Positions 47,305 to 57,471 of a DNA stretch of 64,000 nt are shown piece after piece; positions within the stretch are counted from its first letter, which is position 1; each line of letters starts with the position of its first letter. The position numbers and the translations under genes were made by a program. The DNA is taken from the sequence record OQ411014.1; one strand, written 5' to 3'. Below the pieces are notes generated by a model that was given only the letters and a program-made list of their open reading frames with translations, did no database searches and had not been told where the DNA came from.

Positions 47305-47377
47305 TTCAGTACTGAACTGTGAGGGGTAAATATCCCTCACAACAGATAGGATATCAAGAAACAAAGAGGCAAAGGAT

Positions 47378-48781
47378 ATGGCTAAAAAGCAAAACGAGAG
47401 TATTTCTAACGCAACCCTAACACTACTGGACTATGTGAGTTCAGAGTACATCAACCAATCATCACTGGAATATGCAATCAGTACTCTAGACCGTGCAATT
47501 CCAGGTATTGATGGACTAAAAGCATCACAACGTAAAGCAATCTTCACTATCAGTAAAGTTAGTGGTGAAATCAAAACTGTATCAGCAGCAGGACGTATGA
47601 TCAGTGATGGCATTTATCTACACGGTGACGCATCTGCATCTGGTACTTTACAGAACCTAGCATCACCAGTAGTGAATAACTACCCACTAATTGGCAAACG
47701 TGGTGGTTTCGGGAACCAAGCGAACCCTGAGCCAGCAAGTGCACGTTATACATATGTAAAGAAAACCAAAGTCACTGAAGCTCTAGTACTGCGTGATATG
47801 GATGTAGTTCCAATGCAAGAGAACTACGATGGTACAACTATGGAACCACGTCACTTCTTACCTATTATTCCTTTGTGTCTATTCGGTAACGATAGTATGT
47901 CTGTAGGTTACAAAAGTATTATTATGCCGTACAAATTAGAAGATATTATTGACAACTGTATTCGAGTAATTGACAATAAGAAGTTAGTTGATATGATGCC
48001 GTACTATGTAAGTGTAGGTGCATCACCGAACGTAACTAAACTTGAAGAACTAAAGTACGAGTTCTATGGTAAAGCTGAAGTTATCGATGCAAGTACTGTA
48101 CGTATCACTGGTTTACCTCCTTATCGTAAGCTAGAAACTTTCGTTGAGAAACTAATCTCTATGTCCGATGATGGTTCTATTCGTGATTATGACGATAACA
48201 GTACTGACTTAGTGAACATTACAGTGAAGCTCCCACGTGGTACTTCTGCAAAATGGACTGAAAAAGATGTAATTGAATATTTTGGCCTATCCAAGAAAGT
48301 AACTGAAAAACTAAACGTTCTAGGTGAAAATGGATTGGTCAAATCGTACACCAATACTTTGGACATTATTCGTGACTTCGTTGATTTCCGTTTCAAGTAC
48401 TATGTAAAACGTTATGAGAAGAAACTGGAAGCAGCAGCCGCAGAAGTTCGATACAAAGCTCTAGTACAGGAATGTTTCCATAATGATATGATTGGTAAAA
48501 TCAAAGGCTTCCAGAACCGTGCTGAACTAGTTGCATTCGTTGAATCACTAAACACTGAAATTGAAGCATCTGATGAAAACATTCAGAGCATTGTGAACTA
48601 TCCATCTTACCGTTGGACTCAAGAGAACTATCAGAAAGTTCTTGAAGAAATCCAACACGCTTTAGGTCTAATGGATGAGTACAATGATTTACTTTCCAAT
48701 CACGATAAGATTTGGGCGATTTACAAAAATGAACTACTAGAACTACGGGCTATGGACTGCACTCCTAAGTCAGAGGACTAA
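47378..48781 (+). CDS. Type IIA topoisomerase breakage-reunion subunit (gp52, GyrA/ParC-like)
   Basis: IDGLKASQRK, YLHGD, ASARYT active-site Tyr, EP..LPIIP. Confidence 0.95.
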   Translation: MAKKQNESISNATLTLLDYVSSEYINQSSLEYAISTLDRAIPGIDGLKASQRKAIFTISKVSGEIKTVSAAGRMISDGIYLHGDASASGTLQNLASPVVNNYPLIGKRGGFGNQANPEPASARYTYVKKTKVTEALVLRDMDVVPMQENYDGTTMEPRHFLPIIPLCLFGNDSMSVGYKSIIMPYKLEDIIDNCIRVIDNKKLVDMMPYYVSVGASPNVTKLEELKYEFYGKAEVIDASTVRITGLPPYRKLETFVEKLISMSDDGSIRDYDDNSTDLVNITVKLPRGTSAKWTEKDVIEYFGLSKKVTEKLNVLGENGLVKSYTNTLDIIRDFVDFRFKYYVKRYEKKLEAAAAEVRYKALVQECFHNDMIGKIKGFQNRAELVAFVESLNTEIEASDENIQSIVNYPSYRWTQENYQKVLEEIQHALGLMDEYNDLLSNHDKIWAIYKNELLELRAMDCTPKSED

Positions 48782-48787
48782 TACACT

Positions 48788-48810
48788 AAAGGACGCACTA
48801 TGCGTCCTTT
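48788..48810 (+). terminator. Probable terminator hairpin
   Basis: AAAGGACGCA-N3-TGCGTCCTTT. Confidence 0.65.
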
Positions 48811-48815
48811 GTTAT

Positions 48816-48823
48816 TATAAATA
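48816..48823 (+). promoter_or_regulatory. T4-type late promoter TATAAATA
   Basis: Perfect T4 late consensus upstream of 48855. Confidence 0.65.
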
Positions 48824-48854
48824 CTCCGTAGCTTTTAATTAATTGGAGAAACAT

Positions 48855-51236
48855 ATGGCACAATTCATACCACGTTGGGATTTGAAGGCTGACACAAATA
48901 TTATTACTGAAGGTGGTACTACCTATGTGCGTATAAACATCAACAGGGATAAAATTAGTGATCCTTCATTATATGAGATTGAAGATAATCAATATTTAGA
49001 ATTAACATACCGCATTACTGGTACAGGTGAAACATTAGAAGAACGAGATTTTGAGTTATCAGTAGGTGAAGATTTAAATAATTTAAAGCCAATCAGTGAA
49101 ACCAGCACTTATCGTAATATGTTAGGAACACACACTGTTAAATTGGATACCAAATCATTCGAATTGGGAAATAATCTCTCAAAAACAGCTTATTACTTGA
49201 AACTTTATTGCGTAGTTGATGGTGTGTGGGATGGTCCTGAAACATTAGAATTCATTCTAGACACAATGAACATTGTCACTATTACCGAAGGACAAATTTC
49301 AAATGAAGAAGCGTCGGGTAGTATTGGTACAAATACGGCTAAGATTGCATACAATGACAGTACTGAAATATGGGTAACACCATCACTAACAGTACGTGAT
49401 GAAATGTACAGTATTTGTGAAATGCACTATGGTTCGAATAGTCGTGCTTTCGTACAAGCATTTGGTAGATGTAAACCTTACTCTGGTCCTATTGTAGAAG
49501 ATTCATCTAATCGTGTATTCTATCCTATGTATCAAATGGTAAATCTAGCACCGTCAGCAATACCCAGCACTAACAGGACTGGTCATGGTACAGTACTGAA
49601 TCCTGATCCTACTGCAACATTCCCACCTAGTGGTGAAGAAATGCCAGTGGTAATTCGGGATGAGTTAGGGAACAACATTGAAACTGGTTTGAGCTTAAAT
49701 GGTAATGGTCAATTACTCGGAACCTTTCTCTACGATTCTGATCCAATAGATGGTTACTTTAGAGTTAAAATTGTTGCACCAACTGCATATTATACAACTG
49801 AGCGTGATGCATTTTATATCGGTAAGCGTTTTAAAGCGTATCAAATGTGGGTATGTCCACAAGATACATCTTACATCAAAGGTTCACCAACACCAGGCCA
49901 CCTTTACCAATTAAAGAACACTGTAATTTATCCTTATGTTATCAAGGACTTCACGGAGAACTCAATTCACTATCCAATCTTTGAAGAAAATGACTGGATT
50001 GATTTGGGATATTATGATGTGAGTTTGGGTTCTGGTATTATTGGACAAGAAAGAACTTTCCGTATGATTATCAATGGTAACACCGGAGATGGCATTAGTT
50101 TTATCACTGATACTGATTTAGGTTCCATCCATGTGGGTGAGTATTTTGGTCACACGGTATATCCGTCGATTCAAGCCTCTGGTACATTAGTAACTTATAA
50201 GATTCTTGAATCATCAAGAGATGACATTACTAAGTACAACATTGATTTAACCGCAGATGGGATTATGGTCGGTACTGCTTATGCACAAAGTACTGATTTT
50301 AGTGCTAATGACGAAATACACTTAGAGTTTGATGTACAAGCAACAGACAAGAGTGGTGCTAGTGTAACTGCAACATTCAAGATTAGAATTACCCGTGGCT
50401 TCGGTCAGAACTTCCTAAGTGCATTTGTAAAACCACATATGCCATTTGAACGTAAGTGGTTTAAAATGATCAGTACTTCTAATTTTGTGAACCAAGAGTA
50501 CTATAGAACATCTGATGATCGTTATGGGTTACAGAAGTTTCCTAAGATGCTATTGAAAGAGAACTTTGTCAGTACTACTTATATGTACGAATCATTACAA
50601 GCAATGAAGAATACATTACGAGATAACTTAGTGAAGCCTGATACTGGAGCACCAGTACCGACAGGGACGTTTGGTTTTAGTTTAGGTAACTATAAAATTC
50701 GTTCAGCACTTGACAGTTTAGGCAACGTACTGTATGATGTACTATATCGTGAAATCCATCCTAAAGGTACTAGTGTTCCTATCTCTATGGAACCGTTGAA
50801 GTACACTACTCAAGACAATGGATTCTTGGCTGAGTTCTTTGGATTGCGTGAGAACATTGTCAGTACTGTAGGTGAAGACACCACGAACTTGCTATCTGAC
50901 CCGACTGATTTACAGAACCGTGGTTTGTATGTAGATGCAATTACTGGAATCTCGAAGGAAATGTTAGACACAGTTCCACGATACATGAACCATCCATATA
51001 CTGGTGATGGAGTTAAGGCTGGATTTTTGCCTGTAATTCCTGTAGCATACTTTAAGCCAGGTCAAGCTGAAGCATTCTTTAACACACTAATCCGTTCCAA
51101 TGAGTATCAGGAATTGGTGAATGAAGAGTTTGAGATTACATACGTTGAGTTCCAATACTTCTTTTTGCAGTACGCTAAATACGTTCAAGAGAACTATACT
51201 GTACAAATTAAAGAACAAAGTTTATTGGGAGGGTAA
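48855..51236 (+). CDS. Large virion structural protein (baseplate/tail-like, Ig/cadherin-type segment)
   Basis: Beta-rich, TDLGSIHVGEYF and DLTADG.MVGT segments; late promoter; GGAG RBS. Confidence 0.6.
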   Translation: MAQFIPRWDLKADTNIITEGGTTYVRININRDKISDPSLYEIEDNQYLELTYRITGTGETLEERDFELSVGEDLNNLKPISETSTYRNMLGTHTVKLDTKSFELGNNLSKTAYYLKLYCVVDGVWDGPETLEFILDTMNIVTITEGQISNEEASGSIGTNTAKIAYNDSTEIWVTPSLTVRDEMYSICEMHYGSNSRAFVQAFGRCKPYSGPIVEDSSNRVFYPMYQMVNLAPSAIPSTNRTGHGTVLNPDPTATFPPSGEEMPVVIRDELGNNIETGLSLNGNGQLLGTFLYDSDPIDGYFRVKIVAPTAYYTTERDAFYIGKRFKAYQMWVCPQDTSYIKGSPTPGHLYQLKNTVIYPYVIKDFTENSIHYPIFEENDWIDLGYYDVSLGSGIIGQERTFRMIINGNTGDGISFITDTDLGSIHVGEYFGHTVYPSIQASGTLVTYKILESSRDDITKYNIDLTADGIMVGTAYAQSTDFSANDEIHLEFDVQATDKSGASVTATFKIRITRGFGQNFLSAFVKPHMPFERKWFKMISTSNFVNQEYYRTSDDRYGLQKFPKMLLKENFVSTTYMYESLQAMKNTLRDNLVKPDTGAPVPTGTFGFSLGNYKIRSALDSLGNVLYDVLYREIHPKGTSVPISMEPLKYTTQDNGFLAEFFGLRENIVSTVGEDTTNLLSDPTDLQNRGLYVDAITGISKEMLDTVPRYMNHPYTGDGVKAGFLPVIPVAYFKPGQAEAFFNTLIRSNEYQELVNEEFEITYVEFQYFFLQYAKYVQENYTVQIKEQSLLGG

Positions 51237-51240
51237 TAGT

Positions 51241-51549
51241 ATGTTTAATCCATTTTTCAATCCACAAAACATGACTGACAAAGAACTTAATCAGAAAATC
51301 ATTGACATGAGCACTCGCATCACGAATGCTCGTGCTGGTGGTGCAAGTTCTGAAATTATTGGTAATATGTATGCAATCTTAGATGCGTGTGAAGAAGAAA
51401 ACTATATTCGTTATTCATCAAAAGAGGCTGAATCTTGGCGTGATGACGGTGCTTGTATGTTTGATCTAAATGACTACTTAGATTCAGAAGAGGATAATAA
51501 GAAACCACATGAAAGTTCAAGGAAACAGATCTATAAGCCAGGATGGTGA
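51241..51549 (+). CDS. Hypothetical protein
   Basis: Start ATG 51241 with GGAGG RBS. Confidence 0.7.
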   Translation: MFNPFFNPQNMTDKELNQKIIDMSTRITNARAGGASSEIIGNMYAILDACEEENYIRYSSKEAESWRDDGACMFDLNDYLDSEEDNKKPHESSRKQIYKPGW

Positions 51550-52027
51550 TGTACGTTGTAATCTTAACGCAGTAGTTTATGCTATGAACTGCGGTCAAGA
51601 CATACAGTACATTCAACTGGATGATATATCGGAATTTGAGCGAGAGAAGTTCAACACTAACTGTAAGAACTTCGGGTTATCCCAACGTATGCTGGATTAT
51701 ACTATAGAGCATGATAAGAACCATGAGCTATGGCGTTATGATCCAGTATACGACAAGATCAACTTGCTTGATTTTTTCTTAGAAAAGTGTACTACCGAAG
51801 AAGGTAGAGAACGTGTTCGATACGAAATTGGTTTGTACGAACACTACAACATGACCAAACTACTACGTTGTATGATTTGGTTAGTTGACTATATGGAAGA
51901 TAAAGAAATCTTCTGGGGATTAGGTCGTGGTAGCTCCGTTGCGAGTTATTGTCTATTCCTGTTAGGGTTGCATCTGGTGGATTCTGTGAAATATTCACTC
52001 GATGTGAACGAATTTTTGAAATGGTAA
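51509..52027 (+). CDS. DnaE (Pol III alpha)-like fragment, N-terminal half of the split minimal enzyme
   Basis: ERVRYEI...WGLGRGSSVASYCLFLLGLHLVDSVKYSLDVNEFLK matches DnaE ERLETEL...[36 protein letters not shown]. Confidence 0.85.
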   Translation: MKVQGNRSISQDGDVRCNLNAVVYAMNCGQDIQYIQLDDISEFEREKFNTNCKNFGLSQRMLDYTIEHDKNHELWRYDPVYDKINLLDFFLEKCTTEEGRERVRYEIGLYEHYNMTKLLRCMIWLVDYMEDKEIFWGLGRGSSVASYCLFLLGLHLVDSVKYSLDVNEFLKW

Positions 52028-52045
52028 AGAAAAATGTGATATAAT
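52016..52045 (+). promoter_or_regulatory. Middle-type promoter variant TTGAAATG-N11-TGTGATATAAT
   Basis: Perfect downstream element, degenerate upstream element. Confidence 0.6.
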
Positions 52046-52076
52046 AGATATCACATAAACAAGAAAAGGATTTTTT

Positions 52077-52454
52077 ATGGGTAAGAAACACACATCTTAT
52101 CGTGGTGTTGCCATCGATATGGAAATGTTGAAGTTCCAAAACCAAACTGCAACTGCACTAGGTAACGCTAATATGAACGCTCGCGGCGATAAAATCGGTC
52201 GTGGTGGTTCTATAATCAAAACACGCGAAGAGCTACTCGCTGAACGTGAGCGTGAAATGCAACTACCTGATATCATGCCTGAACACACCAGTCACAGTAC
52301 TGCACCTGCTATCGATGATGGTTTTGATGACAGTATGTTTGAAATTGCTGAAGTTGAACCAGTGCAAGAAGTACAAGCTGAAGAAGCTGCTGCACCTAAG
52401 AAAGCACCAGTGAAACGTGCTAAGACTAAAGAAGACACTGATAATCAGGAGTAA
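52077..52454 (+). CDS. Conserved hypothetical protein
   Basis: ALGNANMNARGDKIGRGG; upstream of GroES copy 2. Confidence 0.75.
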   Translation: MGKKHTSYRGVAIDMEMLKFQNQTATALGNANMNARGDKIGRGGSIIKTREELLAEREREMQLPDIMPEHTSHSTAPAIDDGFDDSMFEIAEVEPVQEVQAEEAAAPKKAPVKRAKTKEDTDNQE

Positions 52455-52458
52455 TATA

Positions 52459-52779
52459 ATGGAATCTAAAGTGATGAAAGCTGGGGTTGGTAAAGTTGTT
52501 GTTACTAACCTAGACCGTGGTGAGCAAGTCTCTGAAGCTGGTATCGTTCTTCGTGACGATGACGGTACTTTACGTGGTATTCACCCACGCTGGGGTCAAG
52601 TTTATTCTGTAGGTGATGATGTTACTGACGTAAATGTCGGTGATTGGGTTCTAGTGGTACATGGTCGTTGGTCACGTACTATTGAAGTTGATGGTGTCGA
52701 ACTAAACCTCGTGGACTATCCAGAGAACGTAATGATTGCATCTCCTACTCGTCCTAAAGATCTTTTTATTGGTTACTAA
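52459..52779 (+). CDS. groES: Co-chaperonin GroES-like (copy 2)
   Basis: SEAGIVL, WGQVYSVG, VGDWVLV; start ATG 52459 (AGGAG RBS). Confidence 0.82.
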   Translation: MESKVMKAGVGKVVVTNLDRGEQVSEAGIVLRDDDGTLRGIHPRWGQVYSVGDDVTDVNVGDWVLVVHGRWSRTIEVDGVELNLVDYPENVMIASPTRPKDLFIGY

Positions 52780-52790
52780 AATGTATAATC

Positions 52791-52819
52791 GCCCAGAAAA
52801 TATTTCTGGGCTTCTTTTT
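52791..52819 (+). terminator. Intrinsic terminator
   Basis: GCCCAGAAA-N3-TTTCTGGGC then T-rich tract. Confidence 0.75.
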
Positions 52820-52830
52820 GAAGGTGTGTT

Positions 52831-53109
52831 ATGATATCAGAAGATGGAAAGTACTTCATATTTGAAGACGCAAAATTAGTTCCTAAGAAGGGAAAGTTCT
52901 ACTTGGAATATCCCACGAATAAACGTAAAGTGTTCGAAGTTAGCGAATCAACATTCAAAATGACTATTGTTAACGCAGCATCTGCACGGGCTTCGGGTTG
53001 GGAACTTCCTGGAGCAGCAAATAACATTGATTATCTTCTTGACCAACTAGAAATGTCAGAAGACTTATTCTCTGCGATGCTTTTTGATTACACCGAATGG
53101 AAATACTAA
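52831..53109 (+). CDS. Hypothetical protein
   Basis: 92-aa ORF with GAAGGTG RBS. Confidence 0.65.
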   Translation: MISEDGKYFIFEDAKLVPKKGKFYLEYPTNKRKVFEVSESTFKMTIVNAASARASGWELPGAANNIDYLLDQLEMSEDLFSAMLFDYTEWKY

Positions 53110-53123
53110 GAGGAATATAAAAT

Positions 53124-54080
53124 ATGGCTATTACCCTATGGACTGAAAAATACCGCCCACGTACTCTAGCTGATTATGTTTTCAAAAACCCAGCTTTCCG
53201 TCAGAAGATGGAAGAGTGGATTCGTACTGGTGAGATTCCTCATATTGGTTTCTTCGGTCCAGCAGGTACAGGTAAAACCTCAGCACTACAAGTTCTAATC
53301 AATGGGCTTATTGAGAATGGTTTTATCGATCCTAGCGATGTGACAGTACTGAACATGTCCGATGAAGGTATGGATGCAGTACGTGATAAAATCGACGCAG
53401 CCGCACGTCTAGCTTGCTTTGGTTCTTATCGTATCTTCGTACTAGAAGAAATGGAACAGATGCACCAGAAAGCACAGGGTTCTCTGAAGCGTATCATGGA
53501 GGATTACCATGAGAATGCTCGTTTCATCCTAACTTCTAACGAACCACACAAAATCCTAAAACCAATCCTATCTCGTGTACAATCCATTATGATTGAAAAA
53601 CACGATATGGAACAGTTCATGGAGAAAGTATGCACAGTACTACTCGCTGAAGGTGTAGAACTAGAAACTGAAGAAAGTATCAATCTTGTCCAGAAGTACA
53701 TCAAGAAAACTTTCCCTGATTTCCGTAAAACTCTAAACCTTCTACAGTGTTCCGTTGTAGACAACAAGCTAGTCCAAGTTGAAGAATCAATTGACGGTAC
53801 TGCGTCTTATCGTGATAGTATTGTTGCAGCGTTACAAGCTGGTAACATTCGTCAGATGCGTGAAGAGATTGTTCAGAACATTCCTGAAGATGAAATTGAC
53901 AGTTTCTTCTCCTTCCTGTATCGTAATGTTGATATGTTCACAACTGATGAAGTGAATGTAATGAAAATCAAGGTGAAAATCCGTGATGCAGTTGTGAAAC
54001 AAGCATCTGTATCTGACCGTGAAATGAACCTATCCGCACTCTTGTGTGAAATTGACCTAATTTGTTCTGGGGAAATGTAA
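53124..54080 (+). CDS. Clamp-loader large subunit (gp44/RFC-like AAA+)
   Basis: LWTEKYRPRTL, GPAGTGKT, LEEME, FILTSN, SRVQ, PDFRK. Confidence 0.95.
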   Translation: MAITLWTEKYRPRTLADYVFKNPAFRQKMEEWIRTGEIPHIGFFGPAGTGKTSALQVLINGLIENGFIDPSDVTVLNMSDEGMDAVRDKIDAAARLACFGSYRIFVLEEMEQMHQKAQGSLKRIMEDYHENARFILTSNEPHKILKPILSRVQSIMIEKHDMEQFMEKVCTVLLAEGVELETEESINLVQKYIKKTFPDFRKTLNLLQCSVVDNKLVQVEESIDGTASYRDSIVAALQAGNIRQMREEIVQNIPEDEIDSFFSFLYRNVDMFTTDEVNVMKIKVKIRDAVVKQASVSDREMNLSALLCEIDLICSGEM

Positions 54081-54706
54081 TGAAGAAACGTGTATGTATT
54101 TTTGATGTTGATGAAGTACTGTTAGACTGGATGGAAGGTTTACGTTCATTTGTTGAAAAACATTATGATATCCATCCAGTAGGACTACCATCTGATTTCT
54201 CGTTAGTAGAGTGGTTGGGTGTTGAGTCCAGTGATGTTCGTGATATCATCAAACATTTCAATGAACGTGCATATGAATTCGGCCTTCTTGGTCGAGTTGA
54301 AGATGATGCTTACGAGTACTTACGAGTACTACGTAAGAACTTCCCAGATGTTGGATTTATCGCTCTAACCAAGAGCGGTACTGGTGGTCATGGTAAAGTA
54401 CTGCGTCAAGTGAACTTAGAGAACCAGTACCCTGGCATCTTCGATGAAGTTCATATTGTTGAGATGTATGAATCTAAACGTACTGCTCTGCATAAGCTAC
54501 AGGTGCAGTATGATGTGCAACTCTTTGTTGATGATTACTTAGCTAACATCACGACTGCCAAGGACTTAGGTATTCGTTCTATCATGTTCGCTTCTAGCCA
54601 TAACTATCAATACAAAGATAGTACTGATTTCGAGTACATCCCGAACTGGTATCAATTACAACGCACAATTTCGTATTCCCTTTTACAAGGTAGTCACAAA
54701 AAATAA
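54080..54706 (+). CDS. HAD-family 5'(3')-deoxyribonucleotidase-like phosphatase
   Basis: FDVDEVLLD motif I, LT, K, FVDDY. Confidence 0.85.
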   Translation: MKKRVCIFDVDEVLLDWMEGLRSFVEKHYDIHPVGLPSDFSLVEWLGVESSDVRDIIKHFNERAYEFGLLGRVEDDAYEYLRVLRKNFPDVGFIALTKSGTGGHGKVLRQVNLENQYPGIFDEVHIVEMYESKRTALHKLQVQYDVQLFVDDYLANITTAKDLGIRSIMFASSHNYQYKDSTDFEYIPNWYQLQRTISYSLLQGSHKK

Positions 54707-54747
54707 GTAGTAAATAGGTATATATAAATTACGAAAAGGATTTTATA

Positions 54748-55317
54748 ATGAGTAATACTAGTTCTTCACCAGTACAGACATTATATGATCAAGACGGTCT
54801 TCTCGACATCCTTTTGGGTGTTGAGAAGTATTTTGATGATATGGATTTGTACGCTTATAAGAATTGGATTTACGGTGAACTTGTTGAGGGGCCAATAACC
54901 TCGAAGTACTGGGTTGAAGTAACCTTTAAGTACGATCACGACACATTCCCTGATCCAATCGCTACCCAAATGTTTGAAAAACAAGGGACTAAAGTCTTTG
55001 TAAAAAATGACTTCGAAATAAAACCCATTTCTCACCCTAGAAAATTAGGTGATATGGAAACAGTAGCTGCACAGGGTGCTGGGCTAAGTTTACCTGCTGA
55101 TGAGAAAAAACCAATTATATTATATCGTTTCCAAATTCCACGCCGCATCGTGAACCCTGAAAGTTTCGATGAGTACAAACTAATGACTTCAGTATTCAAT
55201 AGTAATGACGAAGACGAAGTTGCACCAATGATGGATATGGATAGCGAAGATGACGTTGCTGAAATGGATGCACAATTCGGTGATGAACAACCACAGCAAC
55301 AACAAGGGGGTCTATAA
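54748..55317 (+). CDS. Conserved hypothetical protein
   Basis: DLYAYKNW..GELVEGP...KYWVEVTF...PDP; acidic tail. Confidence 0.75.
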   Translation: MSNTSSSPVQTLYDQDGLLDILLGVEKYFDDMDLYAYKNWIYGELVEGPITSKYWVEVTFKYDHDTFPDPIATQMFEKQGTKVFVKNDFEIKPISHPRKLGDMETVAAQGAGLSLPADEKKPIILYRFQIPRRIVNPESFDEYKLMTSVFNSNDEDEVAPMMDMDSEDDVAEMDAQFGDEQPQQQQGGL

Positions 55318-55997
55318 TGTCCGAATTGAATGAACATGCACTAAGACCTTCAGTACTGAAAGATTTAGTTTACGAGATTATCAGTGTAGATGAATACACT
55401 CCTAAAGTCGGTGAAGGTAATATTGTTGTTGCTTTTCAGGTAAAAGACAACTATGATGCTGCTTATGACTTGAGTTCTTTTATTGAGAAATCACCACTAG
55501 GTGTAGTCGATACTGAAGCTAATGAAACTCCTAACGTTGATGGACGCTACATTGTTTTCGCTGAATTTGAACGTGATGGTGAGTTTCCTAAGAAGCTACT
55601 AACTCTTCTAAAGACAATTGAAAATCTATGTCCAAATCCAGGTTGGAAGTTACAACTATACGGAGTAAACGATCCAATTGATGTTGATTTTGATGTAGTG
55701 AGTACTCGTATTGATTTGACTCACCCTGAAGATTTGACTGAGTTCTTTGACCCAGCGTGTGTGAAAGCTGTAGTACTAGAGAATACAATCTGTTTAGAAA
55801 CTGCTTATGGTGACTTGCATTATACGAAAGGAAGTGCTAAAGTATCTGAGAAGTTTGTAGAAACAGTACTGAAAGAAGGTGCTTATGACCTTGATGACAC
55901 CAGACTAAGTTCTATCTTAGGTTCTGGCTATGATGTAGTGAAAGCTGGCAACCAGTACATCGTAGGACATAAAGGAAAGTATTTCATACTACGTTAA
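55317..55997 (+). CDS. Conserved hypothetical protein
   Basis: LKDLV...ISVDEY.PK.G; coupled to previous gene. Confidence 0.75.
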   Translation: MSELNEHALRPSVLKDLVYEIISVDEYTPKVGEGNIVVAFQVKDNYDAAYDLSSFIEKSPLGVVDTEANETPNVDGRYIVFAEFERDGEFPKKLLTLLKTIENLCPNPGWKLQLYGVNDPIDVDFDVVSTRIDLTHPEDLTEFFDPACVKAVVLENTICLETAYGDLHYTKGSAKVSEKFVETVLKEGAYDLDDTRLSSILGSGYDVVKAGNQYIVGHKGKYFILR

Positions 55998-55999
55998 CC

Positions 56000-56797
56000 A
56001 TGCGTGTATTGAATAAACTTATTGCTTTACATGAGCGTACAAGAATTGAAACCCAATCTTCAGGTAGGGTTGGGTTGAGTAAACGTATGTTCGTAAGAAC
56101 GTACGAAATTAATAGAATTGGAAGAAATTACGACGATTGTACGCGAGACGATGTAAGTACTGAACTTATTTTAAGAACGTACCTAGCCCGTAAGGTCTTT
56201 ATAAATGAAAAGAAATTACGTGGTAAGTACTATATTGAAGAGTTTTACGAACGAGAGAACGAATTTACACTAGGATTATGGGTAATCTTTTGTAATGAAG
56301 TTTTCGGTGAGTACATGCCAGAATTACCAGTACCAACCACGTACGCAGAACTTGAGCGTATCTTTATGAGCAAAGCTATGCATATGAATTTCTCATTGCA
56401 TAAGTGCGTTAAAGATGCAGTTATTCACAACCAAATCAAAGATTCACAGTACTGTAAGAGTATGAAGGATTTTGATTTATTTTGTTCATTACCGGGCGAA
56501 CCTGGATGGACAGCATTTCAAAATGGTGCTATACTAGCTGAACCTGGTAGAACAGAACCACCGCAACGTTTGTTGCAAGCAACATTAGGGATGTACAAGC
56601 TGGAGCACTTAGGAGCACCAGAACCGTACAAACACTTTTGGAAGGAACAAGCAACACTTTCTATGAAGAAAGCTATTGCTATTATGGAAAAGCATTATAT
56701 AGTGCGATTCCGAAACGCAGCGATGTACGACTTACCGTTCATGCCAGAAAGGTTTGAACCTGTCAGTACTTTCGTCTGGAATGTAAAAAGGGCGTAA
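56000..56797 (+). CDS. Hypothetical protein
   Basis: 265-aa ORF; no motif recognised. Confidence 0.65.
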   Translation: MRVLNKLIALHERTRIETQSSGRVGLSKRMFVRTYEINRIGRNYDDCTRDDVSTELILRTYLARKVFINEKKLRGKYYIEEFYERENEFTLGLWVIFCNEVFGEYMPELPVPTTYAELERIFMSKAMHMNFSLHKCVKDAVIHNQIKDSQYCKSMKDFDLFCSLPGEPGWTAFQNGAILAEPGRTEPPQRLLQATLGMYKLEHLGAPEPYKHFWKEQATLSMKKAIAIMEKHYIVRFRNAAMYDLPFMPERFEPVSTFVWNVKRA

Positions 56798-56813
56798 ATC
56801 AAACGTCCTTTTT
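56785..56813 (+). terminator. Intrinsic terminator
   Basis: AAAAAGGGCGT-N7-ACGTCCTTTTT. Confidence 0.65.
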
Positions 56814-56826
56814 CTTTGAAAATATA

Positions 56827-56855
56827 TTGACACACCGATTAGTCTTAGATATAAT
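56827..56855 (+). promoter_or_regulatory. Consensus sigma70 (early) promoter TTGACA-N17-TATAAT
   Basis: Perfect consensus. Confidence 0.9.
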
Positions 56856-56887
56856 ACAAATTCCAAAACTACATAAGGATTCAAAAT

Positions 56888-57379
56888 ATGAAAATTCAAT
56901 TCTTCTACACCTCTGGTCATTCCTTTACTGCAACTAACGTAGTTTCTTATGGTGAAGCGGAAGATGATTCAGGTATCATTGTTTATAAAACTGAATCATA
57001 TCGTGGTGATATTTGTACAGTTGCAGAACACCAAGTACCTACTTTTGACCTACTGTTTGCTATCGTATCACCACAGCATGGTGAACTACCAGAAGAAGGT
57101 GAAATTCATACTACTACCATTATTCATGGTCGTGCTTCTAAATTTGATATTGCTGTAGCAGTAGCACAGATGAAAGAAATCATCGGTGAAGCACATCAAG
57201 AAGCAATCATTGAAGAAAAACGCCGTGTATTCCGTGAAGAAGAACATGCGAAATATCGTGCACGTCGCAAAGAAGCACGGCAAAAAGCTATCCAGATTCA
57301 AGACAATGAGTTTGTTCGCAGTGCGGCGGCAGCAGCTAAAATGATTGACGAAGTTATTCAATGCCAGCCTAAAAAATAA
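56888..57379 (+). CDS. Hypothetical early protein
   Basis: AAGGA RBS, sigma70 promoter. Confidence 0.75.
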   Translation: MKIQFFYTSGHSFTATNVVSYGEAEDDSGIIVYKTESYRGDICTVAEHQVPTFDLLFAIVSPQHGELPEEGEIHTTTIIHGRASKFDIAVAVAQMKEIIGEAHQEAIIEEKRRVFREEEHAKYRARRKEARQKAIQIQDNEFVRSAAAAAKMIDEVIQCQPKK

Positions 57380-57380
57380 G

Positions 57381-57409
57381 TTGACTTAGTTATGTCAGTA
57401 CTGTAAACT
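57381..57409 (+). promoter_or_regulatory. Sigma70-type promoter TTGACT-N17-TAAACT with AGTACT in spacer
   Basis: Near-consensus; AGTACT at 57397-57402. Confidence 0.7.
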
Positions 57410-57471
57410 AAGTTCATTCAATAGGGAGATTCTTTTGAATTTCCCTCTTTTTTTAACTAGGAGAAAAACAA